Translations under genes and position numbers: made by a program | Shown: one piece after another, positions 8,126 through 18,801 of the stretch | Layout of the letters: each line of letters opens with the position of its first letter | How positions within the stretch are numbered: the stretch's first letter is position 1 | From: Acaryochloridaceae cyanobacterium VAR_48_metabat_390 | GTDB lineage: Bacteria > Cyanobacteriota > Cyanobacteriia > Thermosynechococcales > Thermosynechococcaceae | Direction: 5' to 3' | DNA: 64,000 bases | NCBI GenBank assembly: GCA_031422435.1 | Contig: JANPLU010000068.1 | Span: 1-64,000, forward strand | Notes under the pieces: model-generated | Told to the model about the DNA's origin: nothing | Seen by the model: only the letters and a program-made list of their open reading frames with translations | Database searches by the model: none

Positions 8126-11100
8126 ATGTCTGAATACACCGAAATCGAACAACCCTTCTTACAACAGCTCACTAGCCTAGGCTGGACGAGTATCGATCAA
8201 GGTGAAGGCATCCCGCAAAACCCCAGCAAAAGCCTGCGGCAAACCTTTCGCCAGTGGCTCTTACCTGATGTCTTCTGCACAGCAGTAGCAGCCCTTAACA
8301 CCGCTGCTTGGGGCCAACCCTGGCTCACCCCCAAGCAGCTCCAAGACCTACAAGACCAAATTCTTCGCCAACCCAACCGCACCCTGCTAGAAGCCAACGA
8401 AGCCATTCAAAAGCTATTGTTCAAAGCCCAAGTTGACACCAACGAAGTCACAGGCGAACAAGACCCCGTCGTTAAACTCATAGACTTCGCCAACCCCCAA
8501 AACAATCAATTCCACGCCATCAACCAGTTCCGCATCGACACCCCAGGCTGCGTCAAGCCGTTCATCATCCCCGATATAGTCCTGTTTGTAAACGGCATTC
8601 CTCTTGTCGTCATAGAGTGCAAAAAAGGCAGCACAAACTGCGCCAACCCCATGCAAGAAGCCTTTGAGCAGCTCCAGCGCTACATGAACCAGCGCAAAGC
8701 CACCCGCGCCCAAGGCTTAAAAGAAGGCGAACCGCGCCTATTTCATACCAACCTGCTGCTCATCCGCACCTGTGGCCTAGAAGCAGACTACGGCACCCTC
8801 ACCTCCGGTCAAGAGCATTACTTCCCCTGGAAAACACAGTGGCCTCACGACGATGCCGCAGCCCAAAATATGAACCCGCAACAGCAGCTCATCAGCGGCA
8901 TGTTAAATAAGCCAAACCTGCTGAACATCCTGCGTACCTCCACCGTTTTTATGGATACCGATAGCGGCTCCCGTATCAAAGTGGTGTGCCGCTACCAGCA
9001 GTTTAGAGCCGCAGGCAAAATTGTAGAACGCCTTCGCAACGGTAAAACCCAAGCCGAAAAAAGCGGCGTAGTGTGGCACACCCAGGGTTCCGGCAAAAGC
9101 CTCACCATGATATTTATGGCGCGAATGCTGCGTGCCGCCCCAGATCTGGGCGACTATAAAATTGTGCTCATCAACGATCGCACCGATCTCGAAGACCAGC
9201 TCACCAAAACCGCCACTCTCATCGGCGGACGCGTCAACACCATCGAAAACACCCGTAGCCTGCGCACTCAGCTCTCCACCGACAGCTCAGATATCAACAT
9301 GGTGATGGTGCATAAATTTCAGCAGCGCGAAGAAACCCTTTCCCTCAAAGTGGCTGAAGCCCTGGGCACCTATCAAACCATGCCTTCCGGCAAAACCTTT
9401 GGCGTGGTGAATAGTAGCGATCGCATCGTCCTCCTCATTGACGAAGCCCATCGCACCCAAAGCTCAGACTTGGGAGACAACATCTTTGAAGCCTTCCCTC
9501 AAGCCGCGCGGATCGCCTTTACAGGCACCCCCCTCATTACCGAGCGCCACGGCGAAAAGCAAACCCATAAACGCTTTGGCGAGTATGTAGACACCTACCG
9601 CCTCATGGATGCGGTCAACGACGGCACCACCCTACAGATCCTCTACGAAGGCCGCACCGCAGACGCAGCCCTCACCGATAAACACGCCTTTGAAACCGCC
9701 TTTGAAGACTTGTTCCAAGACCGTAGCGCCGAAGAACTGCTCGCCATCAAAAAGAAATACGGAGCCAGTGGCGATATTCTAGAAGCCGAACAGCGCATTA
9801 ATGCCATTGCTATCGATCTAGTGAATCACTACATCGCGCATATTTTGCCCAACGAGTTTAAGGCACAAGTCGTCTGCCATTCCAAACTTGCCGCAGTCCG
9901 CTATCAGACCGCCATCGAACGCGCATTGAATCAGCGGCTAGAAACCCTCAAGGCATTACCCAAACCCGATAAAGCCCTCATTCAAAAAATTGCCTTCTTA
10001 AAAGCAGCCGTAGTCATTTCCAGCGATGGCACCAACGAAGCCGCCTACGTGACCCAATCTCGTAAACAGGCCAAAGCATGGAATGCCGTCGATAACTTTT
10101 GCAAACCCTTCAACCCAGAAGACCCTGACCAGCAGTATACAGGCATCGCTTTTTTAATTGTGTGCGACATGCTGCTCACGGGCTTTGATGCCCCCATCGA
10201 GCAGGTCATGTACATCGACAAAAAAATTAGAGAGCATACATTATTGCAGGCGATCGCCCGTACCAACCGCATTAGCCAAGGCAAAAAACGCGGCTACGTG
10301 GTGGACTACATCGGCCTAGCAAATCATCTCACCGAAGCATTAACCCTTTACGCCGCCAGCGACGAGCAAGCCGAACTGGCACTAGGCTTAAAAAGCATCA
10401 CCTCAGAAATGCCCGTCCTAGAAGAACGATATCAACGCTTGCTGCAATTATTTTCAAATCGCAACGTCAAGGAAGTCGATCGCTTCGTCCAAGGCAAACT
10501 GCCCACTGTTGAGACCGATGCCATAGTCGTGAATAATGCGGTTCGCCTATTAAAAGACGAGAAAATCCGTGCTGACTTTGACGTGTACTTCAAAAAGTTT
10601 TTGATGAGCCTAGATATCATCCTGCCCCACCCAGCCGCTCATCCCTATCGCGTCCCGGCTAAACGCTTCGGGTATATTTTACGGGTTGCCAAAGAACGCT
10701 ATAAAGATACCAGCCTAAACTTTGGCGATGCGGGACAAAAAGTCAAAGACCTAATCAACGAGCATCTAATTAGCTTAGGCATTAACCCCAAAGTACCGCC
10801 CATTGAGCTACTCGCCGATGATTTTATGGCCAACCTCAGTAAACATGCCGCAGGCAACCCAGAAGCAAGAGCCAGCGAAATGGAGCACGCTATCCGTAAG
10901 CACTGCACCGTGCATCACGATGAAGACCCAGCCTTTTACAAAAGCCTCGCCGAGAAAGTAGAAAACCTAATCGATCAGCATCAAGACCAGTGGGAACAGC
11001 TCGCAGAAGCCCTAGAAAAACTTCGTCTAGAGGCGAAGGCAGGTAGACAAACCACAGAAGAAGGCATGAGCAAAGAAGCCACTACCTTTTATGCTCATAT

Positions 11101-11389
11101 TGCAAACGAAGCCTTTGAGAAGGGCGAAGTCCCAACCGAGGCAAAAGCCAAAATGAGGGTATTAATGGAAGCGATTGTAGATACTTTGCAAGACAGTATT
11201 GGCAGTATCGATTTTTGGACGAATGCGGACAAGCAAAAGAAAACCCGCAGCCAGATTAAAACAGCATTGACCCTCACCGGAATTCAGCAATTGAAAGAAA
11301 ACCGAGAGCGCGTTGCAGTTGAAATCATGAAGTTGGCAAAAAACCGCCATGATGCCTTACTTCGGAGAATCGGGGAGAGCAAAAAATGA
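8126..11389 (+). CDS. hsdR: Type I RM restriction subunit
   Basis: PDIVLFVNGIPLVVIECK nuclease motif, HTQGSGKS Walker A, DEAH, FTGTP, MLLTGFDAP, QAIARTNR. Confidence 0.95.
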   Translation: MSEYTEIEQPFLQQLTSLGWTSIDQGEGIPQNPSKSLRQTFRQWLLPDVFCTAVAALNTAAWGQPWLTPKQLQDLQDQILRQPNRTLLEANEAIQKLLFKAQVDTNEVTGEQDPVVKLIDFANPQNNQFHAINQFRIDTPGCVKPFIIPDIVLFVNGIPLVVIECKKGSTNCANPMQEAFEQLQRYMNQRKATRAQGLKEGEPRLFHTNLLLIRTCGLEADYGTLTSGQEHYFPWKTQWPHDDAAAQNMNPQQQLISGMLNKPNLLNILRTSTVFMDTDSGSRIKVVCRYQQFRAAGKIVERLRNGKTQAEKSGVVWHTQGSGKSLTMIFMARMLRAAPDLGDYKIVLINDRTDLEDQLTKTATLIGGRVNTIENTRSLRTQLSTDSSDINMVMVHKFQQREETLSLKVAEALGTYQTMPSGKTFGVVNSSDRIVLLIDEAHRTQSSDLGDNIFEAFPQAARIAFTGTPLITERHGEKQTHKRFGEYVDTYRLMDAVNDGTTLQILYEGRTADAALTDKHAFETAFEDLFQDRSAEELLAIKKKYGASGDILEAEQRINAIAIDLVNHYIAHILPNEFKAQVVCHSKLAAVRYQTAIERALNQRLETLKALPKPDKALIQKIAFLKAAVVISSDGTNEAAYVTQSRKQAKAWNAVDNFCKPFNPEDPDQQYTGIAFLIVCDMLLTGFDAPIEQVMYIDKKIREHTLLQAIARTNRISQGKKRGYVVDYIGLANHLTEALTLYAASDEQAELALGLKSITSEMPVLEERYQRLLQLFSNRNVKEVDRFVQGKLPTVETDAIVVNNAVRLLKDEKIRADFDVYFKKFLMSLDIILPHPAAHPYRVPAKRFGYILRVAKERYKDTSLNFGDAGQKVKDLINEHLISLGINPKVPPIELLADDFMANLSKHAAGNPEARASEMEHAIRKHCTVHHDEDPAFYKSLAEKVENLIDQHQDQWEQLAEALEKLRLEAKAGRQTTEEGMSKEATTFYAHIANEAFEKGEVPTEAKAKMRVLMEAIVDTLQDSIGSIDFWTNADKQKKTRSQIKTALTLTGIQQLKENRERVAVEIMKLAKNRHDALLRRIGESKK

Positions 11390-12093
11390 ACGCCCGCCGT
11401 GTCCGAGATATCGAATATCACCTCTTGCCAGGAACCGATCGCAAAACCACTGATATTGTGATCGAGCGCAATGGCATCATCGCAGTGCGCCCCCCGAAAA
11501 ACCTTAGTCCAGATCGAGTCGATGCATTAGTAGACAGCAAACGGATGTGGATTTACCGCAATCTAGCTGAGTGGCGTGACTTAAATGCAACGGCAGTCGT
11601 GCGTGAATGGGTCAATGGCGAAACATTTCTCTACTTAGGTCGTGCCTATCGCTTATCGCTGGTTTCTGACCAATCTTGCGATCTAAAACTTAACGAAGGA
11701 CGATTCTGCTTAAATCGAACCTTACTCGATCAGGATGGCTCTAAGAATGCTAGAAGAGCCTTTGAAGCGTTCTATGCCGAAAAAGGGCGCAAATGGATCG
11801 GCGATCGCGCAACCTATTTTGCCCCAAAGGTAGGGGTCAAACCCGCTGGCGTAACGGTCAAAGACTTGGGCTATCGTTGGGCTAGCTGCACGTCAAGCAA
11901 CGGACTTGCCTTCCACTGGAAAACCATGATGGCACCGCCAAAAGTTATTGATTACGTGGTCGTGCACGAACTTTGTCACATCCACTATCGCAATCATTCA
12001 GATGCATTCTGGAACGAGATTGATAAAGTGATGCCGGATTACCGCGAGCGTAAAACGTGGTTAAAGCAGCATGGTGCAGGACTGGATTTATAA
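11386..12093 (+). CDS. YgjP/DUF45 (M48/SprT-like) metallopeptidase family protein
   Basis: RWASC and DYVVVHELCH..NHSDAFW HExxH motif. ATGA-coupled to hsdR, a common type I RM companion. Confidence 0.9.
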   Translation: MNARRVRDIEYHLLPGTDRKTTDIVIERNGIIAVRPPKNLSPDRVDALVDSKRMWIYRNLAEWRDLNATAVVREWVNGETFLYLGRAYRLSLVSDQSCDLKLNEGRFCLNRTLLDQDGSKNARRAFEAFYAEKGRKWIGDRATYFAPKVGVKPAGVTVKDLGYRWASCTSSNGLAFHWKTMMAPPKVIDYVVVHELCHIHYRNHSDAFWNEIDKVMPDYRERKTWLKQHGAGLDL

Positions 12094-12286
12094 GCTCCAA
12101 TTAATGAATCGAGCGAACCCTCCAAATGCGCTTGTGAGTTCTTTTGCAACAGGAGGCGATCGCCTCAATCTTCAGAATTTGTAATAAAAACGAGGCTATA
12201 AAGGCTCTAGTGTAATAAGTTAGGTGACTTTTTATCATTTAAGCATCGTTAACAAAACCGCTTAGCCCTAGAACTGGAAGTTTAGA

Positions 12287-13006
12287 ATGAGTAGCAATTT
12301 AGCCGTCAAGCTGCGTGAGGGAACTAAAAAATCTCACACGATGGCCGAAAACGTTGGATTTATCAAATGCTTTCTCAAAGGAACCGTTGAGAAAAATTCT
12401 TACCGTAAGCTGGTTGCCAATCTCTACTTCGTCTACTCGGCGATCGAAGCAGAAATGGAGCGCAACAAAACGCATCCCATTGTGTCTAAGTTTTACTTCT
12501 CTGAGCTAAACCGTAAGCAAAGCCTAGAGTCAGACTTAGCGTTTTACTACGGCTCTAACTGGCGAGATCAGGTGGCACCTTCTGCCGCTGCTCAAGTCTA
12601 CGTCAAGCGTATCCATGAGATTGGTGAAACTGCACCAGAGCTTTTAGCGGCTCATTCTTATACTCGCTACATGGGTGACTTGTCCGGTGGTCAAATCCTT
12701 AAAGGCATTGCAGTACGCGGCATGAACCTTGCTGAAGGTGAAGGTACTGAATTTTATACCTTTGACCAAATCTCTGATGAGAAGGCATTTAAGGCCAAGT
12801 ATCGCCAGTCCATGAACGATCTCAACCTTGACGAAGCAATGCAGGATCGCATTGTCGAAGAAGCAAACGATGCCTTTGGTCTCAACATGAAAATGTTTAT
12901 GGAGCTAGAAGGCAGCTTGGTGAAGGCGATCGGTCAAATGGTTTTCAATGCACTGACTCGCCGTCGCGTCCGTGGCAGCACCGACGAACTCGTGACCGCT
13001 GAGTAA
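12287..13006 (+). CDS. ho1: Heme oxygenase (biliverdin-producing)
   Basis: LREGTKKSHTMAENVGF, HSYTRYMGDLSGGQILK. Confidence 0.95.
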   Translation: MSSNLAVKLREGTKKSHTMAENVGFIKCFLKGTVEKNSYRKLVANLYFVYSAIEAEMERNKTHPIVSKFYFSELNRKQSLESDLAFYYGSNWRDQVAPSAAAQVYVKRIHEIGETAPELLAAHSYTRYMGDLSGGQILKGIAVRGMNLAEGEGTEFYTFDQISDEKAFKAKYRQSMNDLNLDEAMQDRIVEEANDAFGLNMKMFMELEGSLVKAIGQMVFNALTRRRVRGSTDELVTAE

Positions 13007-13030
13007 TTTGATGCCTTTGAGAAAGGCTTA

Positions 13031-13086
13031 ACTCAAAACGACAGCCCAAGCGTTTTATGGAAAACGCTTGGGCTGTCGTTTTGAGT
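13031..13086. terminator. Perfect 26-bp stem hairpin, probable bidirectional terminator
   Basis: ACTCAAAACGACAGCCCAAGCGTTTT-atgg-AAAACGCTTGGGCTGTCGTTTTGAGT between convergent ho1 and mscL. Confidence 0.75.
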
Positions 13087-13193
13087 CCTGATCTGACCTT
13101 AAAGAGGTTCTCTCTGTTTAGATGGGATGACACCCCCCATCGATCATCCCATCTAGGCTTAGTAAGCCGATTTACGCTGCGGCAACCACTGTT

Positions 13194-13673
13194 TTAACGC
13201 GTTTGAGATTCTACGGCGCGGGTTAAGCGCTCCAGTGAACTGATTAGGTTTTCTTGAGCGACTACTGCTGGATCGGGGGCAGTTTCGGCAAGGGCTTCCT
13301 GACGGTGTGTTTTACGCTTTGCAGCCTCAACGACGCGAATTAGCACAAAAATAGCCAGCGCAATAAATACAAAATCCACAATGGTTCCAAAAAACTGGCC
13401 TAAAAGAATTGCATTATCAACAGTTTTGGTCGGATCATTTGGAAATTTTGGGTCCGGCATACTGCCCAATACTATTTTGATGTTGCGCCATGCTCCGCCT
13501 GGAATTGCTAGGCTCAAAATCGGCATAATCACGTTTTCAACGAGGGACGTAATAATTTTGCCAAAGGCCGTCCCAATCACAACCGCAACGGCGAGATCTA
13601 GAACATCCCCTTTCATAATGAATGCTTTGAAATCGCCCAAAAATCCTCGCGCTTGACCCAATCCCTTTGACAC
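13194..13673 (-). CDS. mscL: Large-conductance mechanosensitive channel
   Basis: FKAFIMKGDVLDLAVAVVIGTAFGKIITSLV. Confidence 0.93.
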   Translation of the reverse strand: MSKGLGQARGFLGDFKAFIMKGDVLDLAVAVVIGTAFGKIITSLVENVIMPILSLAIPGGAWRNIKIVLGSMPDPKFPNDPTKTVDNAILLGQFFGTIVDFVFIALAIFVLIRVVEAAKRKTHRQEALAETAPDPAVVAQENLISSLERLTRAVESQTR

Positions 13674-13815
13674 AACACACCTTCTTAGATTGACAGCAGA
13701 ATCTTAGCATTGCCCTGTCTATGGAAGAGGCGGCGGGGGATAATGGGTGTTGCAACAGTAAGCTATGTTGATGGTTCGCTACAACGATTTCAACACGACA
13801 GCAAGGTTTCAGTTC

Positions 13816-14688
13816 ATGGGTGAGCAGTTTCATCACATTTCCGTTTTGTCCCGTGAGCTGATGGAGGGACTGGCGCTAACCGAAGGAGGGCTATATCTTG
13901 ATGCAACGGTTGGGGGCGGTGGGCATAGCGAACTGGTGTTGGCACTCCCCAATACGCGAGTGATTGCTTTAGACCGAGATCAGGATGCCTTAACCGCAGC
14001 AAAGGCTCGGCTGCAAGAGACCTATGGCGATCGCATCCAGTTTTGGCAGGGCAATTTTGCCGACTATAACCCTGGGGATCAAAAATTTCACGGAATTTTC
14101 GCCGATTTAGGCGTAAGTTCCGCTCAGCTAGACCAGCCAGAGCGCGGGTTTAGCTTTCGCCATGAAGCCGCCTTAGATATGCGAATGGATCAAACGCACC
14201 CCCAAACCGCCGCAGAACTGGTGAATCGCTCCAGCGAGAAAAAGCTTGCCGATATGTTTTTTTACTACGGCGAAGAACGGCATTCTCGCCGCATTGCCAA
14301 ACACATCGTCAACAGCCGCCCCTTTGAGACCACCACTCAGCTTGCAGATGCGATCGCTGCTATCCTGCCGCGACACCAGACCGGACGCACGAGAGGCACC
14401 TTCATCCATCCCGCAACGCGAGTCTTTCAAGCCCTGCGAATTGCCGTGAATGAAGAGTTAAAGTCTATTGAGACGTTTTTAGTAAAAGCGCCTCTTTGGC
14501 TGCATCCAGGCGGACGCATTGCCATGATCAGTTTCCATAGCCTAGAAGACCGGATTGTGAAACATACCCTACGAGAAACAGAATGCCTAAAAATCGTCAC
14601 CCGTAAGCCGATCCAAGCACAGCCTGACGAACTGCGGCAAAACCCGCGATCACGCTCGGCAAAGCTGCGCGTGGCAGAGCATTTGTAG
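13816..14688 (+). CDS. rsmH: 16S rRNA m4C1402 methyltransferase
   Basis: [51 protein letters not shown]. Confidence 0.95.
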   Translation: MGEQFHHISVLSRELMEGLALTEGGLYLDATVGGGGHSELVLALPNTRVIALDRDQDALTAAKARLQETYGDRIQFWQGNFADYNPGDQKFHGIFADLGVSSAQLDQPERGFSFRHEAALDMRMDQTHPQTAAELVNRSSEKKLADMFFYYGEERHSRRIAKHIVNSRPFETTTQLADAIAAILPRHQTGRTRGTFIHPATRVFQALRIAVNEELKSIETFLVKAPLWLHPGGRIAMISFHSLEDRIVKHTLRETECLKIVTRKPIQAQPDELRQNPRSRSAKLRVAEHL

Positions 14689-14971
14689 CCCTTAAACAGG
14701 TGTTCAATTTGGCAGCAGGTGCAAAATTGCAAGACAGCCGCGATAGAGAAGATCTAAGATCCCCAAAAAACTTTACAGAAAATCTGAGAAAGCCCTTGCG
14801 CAAAGGCAAAAGACGGGTCAGGATATGAACCAAGATCTGAAAAAAAGATAAGTCTTTTTATCTAAGTCCTAAATTCATGCATTGATGGTGCAGGGCAATT
14901 TCAGCGCCGCTATCTTTTACGTGCCTATCTTGAGCATTTTGTGGTGTGTTTCAGAACTTGAGGAGTGAACT

Positions 14972-15448
14972 ATGCCGACCGCCGTCCGATCAAATCTTCG
15001 CGCTAAATCAGTAAATCGCACTGCGAACCCTAGCAGCCGTGTATCGACTGCTATGCCTGTGCCGCTTCAGCTTGTTCCGACGCAGCAGCCGTCTCGTAAG
15101 CTGGCTTTGTTGCTCAAGCTGCGTAAAGTCTCGACCCCAACCGCCGTCGTTCTGACGCTGTTGATTTTGCCAATTTATGGGTGGAGCGTTTCGACGCAGC
15201 TATCTTGGGGAAAACGCTATCAACACTTAGAGCAGCTTCGTCGAGAAGAACGGCACTACCAGGCACAGACAGAAACGCTTAAACACGACCTGACCCAAAA
15301 CGCGATGCAAAACCCAGCGGGTCTAGTACCACAAGGGCCAAATAATAATTTGTTTTTGCCCGAAATGCCGTCACGGCCTAACGTCCCGGTGGCGACCACT
15401 CCTCCCGTAAAGCCTAATCCAGCCGCTAGCGCTCCGCTGGCCTACTAG
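14972..15448 (+). CDS. FtsL-like single-TM coiled-coil protein
   Basis: One TM segment (AVVLTLLILPIYGW) followed by a coiled coil. Lies between rsmH and ftsI. Confidence 0.6.
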   Translation: MPTAVRSNLRAKSVNRTANPSSRVSTAMPVPLQLVPTQQPSRKLALLLKLRKVSTPTAVVLTLLILPIYGWSVSTQLSWGKRYQHLEQLRREERHYQAQTETLKHDLTQNAMQNPAGLVPQGPNNNLFLPEMPSRPNVPVATTPPVKPNPAASAPLAY

Positions 15449-15469
15449 ATTTATTGAGTTTCTAAACCA

Positions 15470-17293
15470 ATGCGTGTTTCTGCTGCCAACACCGTAAAGT
15501 TAAAGTCTCGCCGCGCTGAAATTGCAGCTAGACTCCGCAATACGAGACCCATTAATCTCCCTGGCTACCATCAGCGATTGGTCTGGGTGTGGCTGCTTTT
15601 ATTTTTGGGTCAGTTTGGGCTGATTGCTCGGCTGGTTTGGCTGCAGGTCAATCAGAGTGCGCAATTAGGGCAGATTGCCAAAGATCAGCGCTCACGCAAA
15701 CTTGCGCCCAAGTTTGCGCGACACCCGATTGTGGATCACAACGGCAATATTTTGGCCAAGGATGAACCCACCTTTCGCCTGTTTGTGCATCCCACAATGT
15801 TCAAAAAAAGTAGGGCAGACATAGCATCTGCACTTTCGCCCCTTATTAAAACGTCGGCAGACGAGCTAGTACGCCTCTTTGAAAGCGGTAAGACGGGCAT
15901 TCCAGTTATTCGCAATCTGTCTGAAGAGACGGCATCTAACCTACGAAAACTGAGGCTAGATGGGGTAGAGCTAAACCAGGAGTGGAGCCGCACCTATCCT
16001 CAAAAAGACCTAATGTCTTCGATTGTAGGCTATGTGGATGGAGACCATTTGGGGCAAGCTGGACTGGAGTACAGCTTGCAAACGTGGCTCAAGGCGAAGC
16101 CTCCCTCAGAGAGCGTTTCTGAGGATGGCAATGGCTACCTATTGCCCAATCAGTTTTCGACGCGTCCGCTCAATGCCGATGAACTCAGCCTGAAGCTGAC
16201 GCTGGACACTCGATTGCAGTGGTCTGCGACGATGGCGCTTCACAAAAAACTGAAGCGGTACGGTGCGCTGCGCGGTGCGGTGGTGGTGATGGACGTGAAG
16301 GACGGGTCACTGCGGGCTTTGGCGGCGGAGCCATCCTATAACCCTAGCCAATTTTATAAGGCAAACCCAGCGCTGTTTAGAAACTGGGCGATCGCCGATC
16401 TTTACGAGCCTGGTTCTACCTTTAAGCCCATTAATATTGCGATCGCCCTCGATGCGGGTGCCATTAAGCCCGATACCGTTGTCTACGACCCGGGCAATAT
16501 TTCTGTAGGTGGGTGGCCCATCCAAAACAACGATGGCTCTGCCTACGGAGCAATCAACATTACCAAAGTACTTGAGGTTTCGAGCAATATTGGGATGGTT
16601 CGCATCATGGAGCGCGTTAAGCGGGCGACCTACTACGACTATCTCAAAAAAATTGGCATTGGCGAAATTACGGGTACCGATATGCCCTTTGAAACGGCGG
16701 GCAGCATGAAAGATCGGCCTCAGTTTGTAGACTATCCCATCGAGGCAGCAACAAACTCATTTGGACAGGGCTTCTCGGTTACGCCCATCCAGATGGCGCA
16801 GCTTCATGCGGCGATCGCCAATGGGGGCATGATGGTGACACCTCACGTCACCGAGGGGCTATTCAACCCCAGCGGTAAGCTTATCTCCAAAACCGAACTC
16901 ATCTCGCCTCGCCGAGTCTTTTCAGAAGCCACCACCGCCAGCGTGCGACAAATGATGGCAAGCGTGGTCGAAAATGGGACTGGCAAACCTGCCAAGATTC
17001 CAGGCTATCGTTTGGGCGGCAAAACCGGAACTGCCCAGAAAGCAGGCGGTGGCACCTACCGCAATGCACGTATTACGAGCTTTGTGGCGACGTTCCCCGC
17101 TGAGTCGCCTCGGTATGTAGTCTTTGCCGTTGTAGATGAACCGAAGGGCGATGATGCCTTTGGTTCAACAGTTGCGGCTCCGATTGTGAAGTCTGTGATT
17201 GAGACGCTGATTAGTGTAGAGGGAATTCCCCCTAGCCACCCTGAAGAGCTGAAGAAGCCTGCTGCAAACTTAAAGGCTAAGCTGACACCCTAG
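15470..17293 (+). CDS. ftsI: Class B penicillin-binding protein (FtsI/PBP3)
   Basis: EPGSTFK (SxxK), SSN, KTGTAQK motifs and an N-terminal TM anchor. Confidence 0.9.
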   Translation: MRVSAANTVKLKSRRAEIAARLRNTRPINLPGYHQRLVWVWLLLFLGQFGLIARLVWLQVNQSAQLGQIAKDQRSRKLAPKFARHPIVDHNGNILAKDEPTFRLFVHPTMFKKSRADIASALSPLIKTSADELVRLFESGKTGIPVIRNLSEETASNLRKLRLDGVELNQEWSRTYPQKDLMSSIVGYVDGDHLGQAGLEYSLQTWLKAKPPSESVSEDGNGYLLPNQFSTRPLNADELSLKLTLDTRLQWSATMALHKKLKRYGALRGAVVVMDVKDGSLRALAAEPSYNPSQFYKANPALFRNWAIADLYEPGSTFKPINIAIALDAGAIKPDTVVYDPGNISVGGWPIQNNDGSAYGAINITKVLEVSSNIGMVRIMERVKRATYYDYLKKIGIGEITGTDMPFETAGSMKDRPQFVDYPIEAATNSFGQGFSVTPIQMAQLHAAIANGGMMVTPHVTEGLFNPSGKLISKTELISPRRVFSEATTASVRQMMASVVENGTGKPAKIPGYRLGGKTGTAQKAGGGTYRNARITSFVATFPAESPRYVVFAVVDEPKGDDAFGSTVAAPIVKSVIETLISVEGIPPSHPEELKKPAANLKAKLTP

Positions 17294-17295
17294 AA

Positions 17296-18471
17296 TTAGC
17301 GAAGACTCAACATCTCAAACTGCTGCCAGCAGAGATAGAGCCCACGGGGCACATGGAAACAGCCCTTCCACTTGCCGCCCTTCAGGTTAAGCAATACCTC
17401 GCCTCGACGGTTCAGGTAGCCAAACCATTCGCCATATTCTGGATCTGCAAAATGTGCCCAGGAATAATCATGCACTTTCTGGAACCATTCCCAGCACTCT
17501 GGACGATGGGTGAGGCGATCGCCCAGCGCCAGCGCCACCAACGTCTCTAAATGCACCCACCACAGCTTTTGATCCCACTCAAGCTGATGGGGTGGGTGGC
17601 CTTCTGCGTCCATAAAGTAGTACAGGCCGCCATAGTCTTTATCCCAAGCAACGTTGAGAGTATTCAACACCACGTCTACCGCACGGTTGATGGTGGCGAC
17701 ATCCCCTCGGCGGTTAGCAATGTCCATAATGAACCACATCGCCTCAATGCCGTGCCCTGGGTTCAGCAGTCGTCCATCAAAGCAGTCGAGGTGTGACCCA
17801 TCCGGCATCACATTTTCAAACATGATGCCTCGCACCGGATCTAAGAAATCCGTCATGACTTCTTGTACCGTTTCGTCAAGGACGCGGTTCAGGGTTTCCT
17901 TGGGCAACAGCCAATCCATTTCTAGGGTGAGGTTGGCTAAAATCATCGGCACTGCTAAAGATTTCAGAGGGCGTGTGCCAGGGTAGCCTTTGGTATAGGT
18001 GCCCTTGGGGTTGTCCTTACGGCGCAGCACATTGCTGTAGGCATCTAGCGCCACTTCCTTTGCCCAGTCTTGCCCAGACGCTAGCGCAAATTTGCTAAAG
18101 GCCATTGCGGCAAAGCAGTCTGAAAAAATATTGTAGGGCTGTACTAGGGGCTGACCGTCTTGGGTCAGGGCAAAGTACCAGTCGCCGTTAACGTCACGAC
18201 CGTGATTCGCTAAAAAAGTAGCGCCATTGGCCGCAATGTTGAGCCAATCTTCACGCTGCTCAATGCGGTTATAAAACGTGGAAAACATCCACACCTGGCG
18301 GTTTTGGAGCCAGATAAATTTATCGGTATCGTAGACCTTGCCTGTGCGATCAAGGCAGGTAAAGTAGCCGCCCTGCTGCCAATCGACGGAGTGCTTCTCC
18401 CAGAAGGGGATCACGTCATTAAGAAGAGCGGATTTGTACTGGTGGGCAAGGGCTTTAAAGTCACGTTCCAT
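17296..18471 (-). CDS. N-acyl-D-glucosamine 2-epimerase (AGE family)
   Basis: [48 protein letters not shown]. Confidence 0.92.
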   Translation of the reverse strand: MERDFKALAHQYKSALLNDVIPFWEKHSVDWQQGGYFTCLDRTGKVYDTDKFIWLQNRQVWMFSTFYNRIEQREDWLNIAANGATFLANHGRDVNGDWYFALTQDGQPLVQPYNIFSDCFAAMAFSKFALASGQDWAKEVALDAYSNVLRRKDNPKGTYTKGYPGTRPLKSLAVPMILANLTLEMDWLLPKETLNRVLDETVQEVMTDFLDPVRGIMFENVMPDGSHLDCFDGRLLNPGHGIEAMWFIMDIANRRGDVATINRAVDVVLNTLNVAWDKDYGGLYYFMDAEGHPPHQLEWDQKLWWVHLETLVALALGDRLTHRPECWEWFQKVHDYSWAHFADPEYGEWFGYLNRRGEVLLNLKGGKWKGCFHVPRGLYLCWQQFEMLSLR

Positions 18472-18502
18472 GAAAATTTTTAGAGAAAAGTGCCGCTGCT
18501 AA

Positions 18503-18724
18503 CTACTGAACATCCCACCAGCCAAAGCTTGGCCCAACAAAGCGAATAAACACCCAGCCACCGCCTAACGCGAAAATGCCAATCCAAGCCCCACGGGTGG
18601 TCCACTGCACAAACTTTTCGCTGTCTGCTTTGCCAAAAGACAGCCCTGGCAACCCAGGGAGACTCGATTTTGACTGACCGTACTTTTCGCCAAGCTGCTC
18701 TTTTCGTCGCTTTGATTCACCCAT
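18503..18724 (-). CDS. DUF2839-like small cyanobacterial membrane protein
   Basis: MGESKRRK N-terminus, TTRGAWIGI...RFVGPSFGWW. Confidence 0.8.
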   Translation of the reverse strand: MGESKRRKEQLGEKYGQSKSSLPGLPGLSFGKADSEKFVQWTTRGAWIGIFALGGGWVFIRFVGPSFGWWDVQ

Positions 18725-18801
18725 TTTGCTGCTGTTCCTTGTTCAAATGATCGAGGATAAACCCAGCGATCAAAGTATTCTAAAGCAATCCTACTATAGG
18801 G

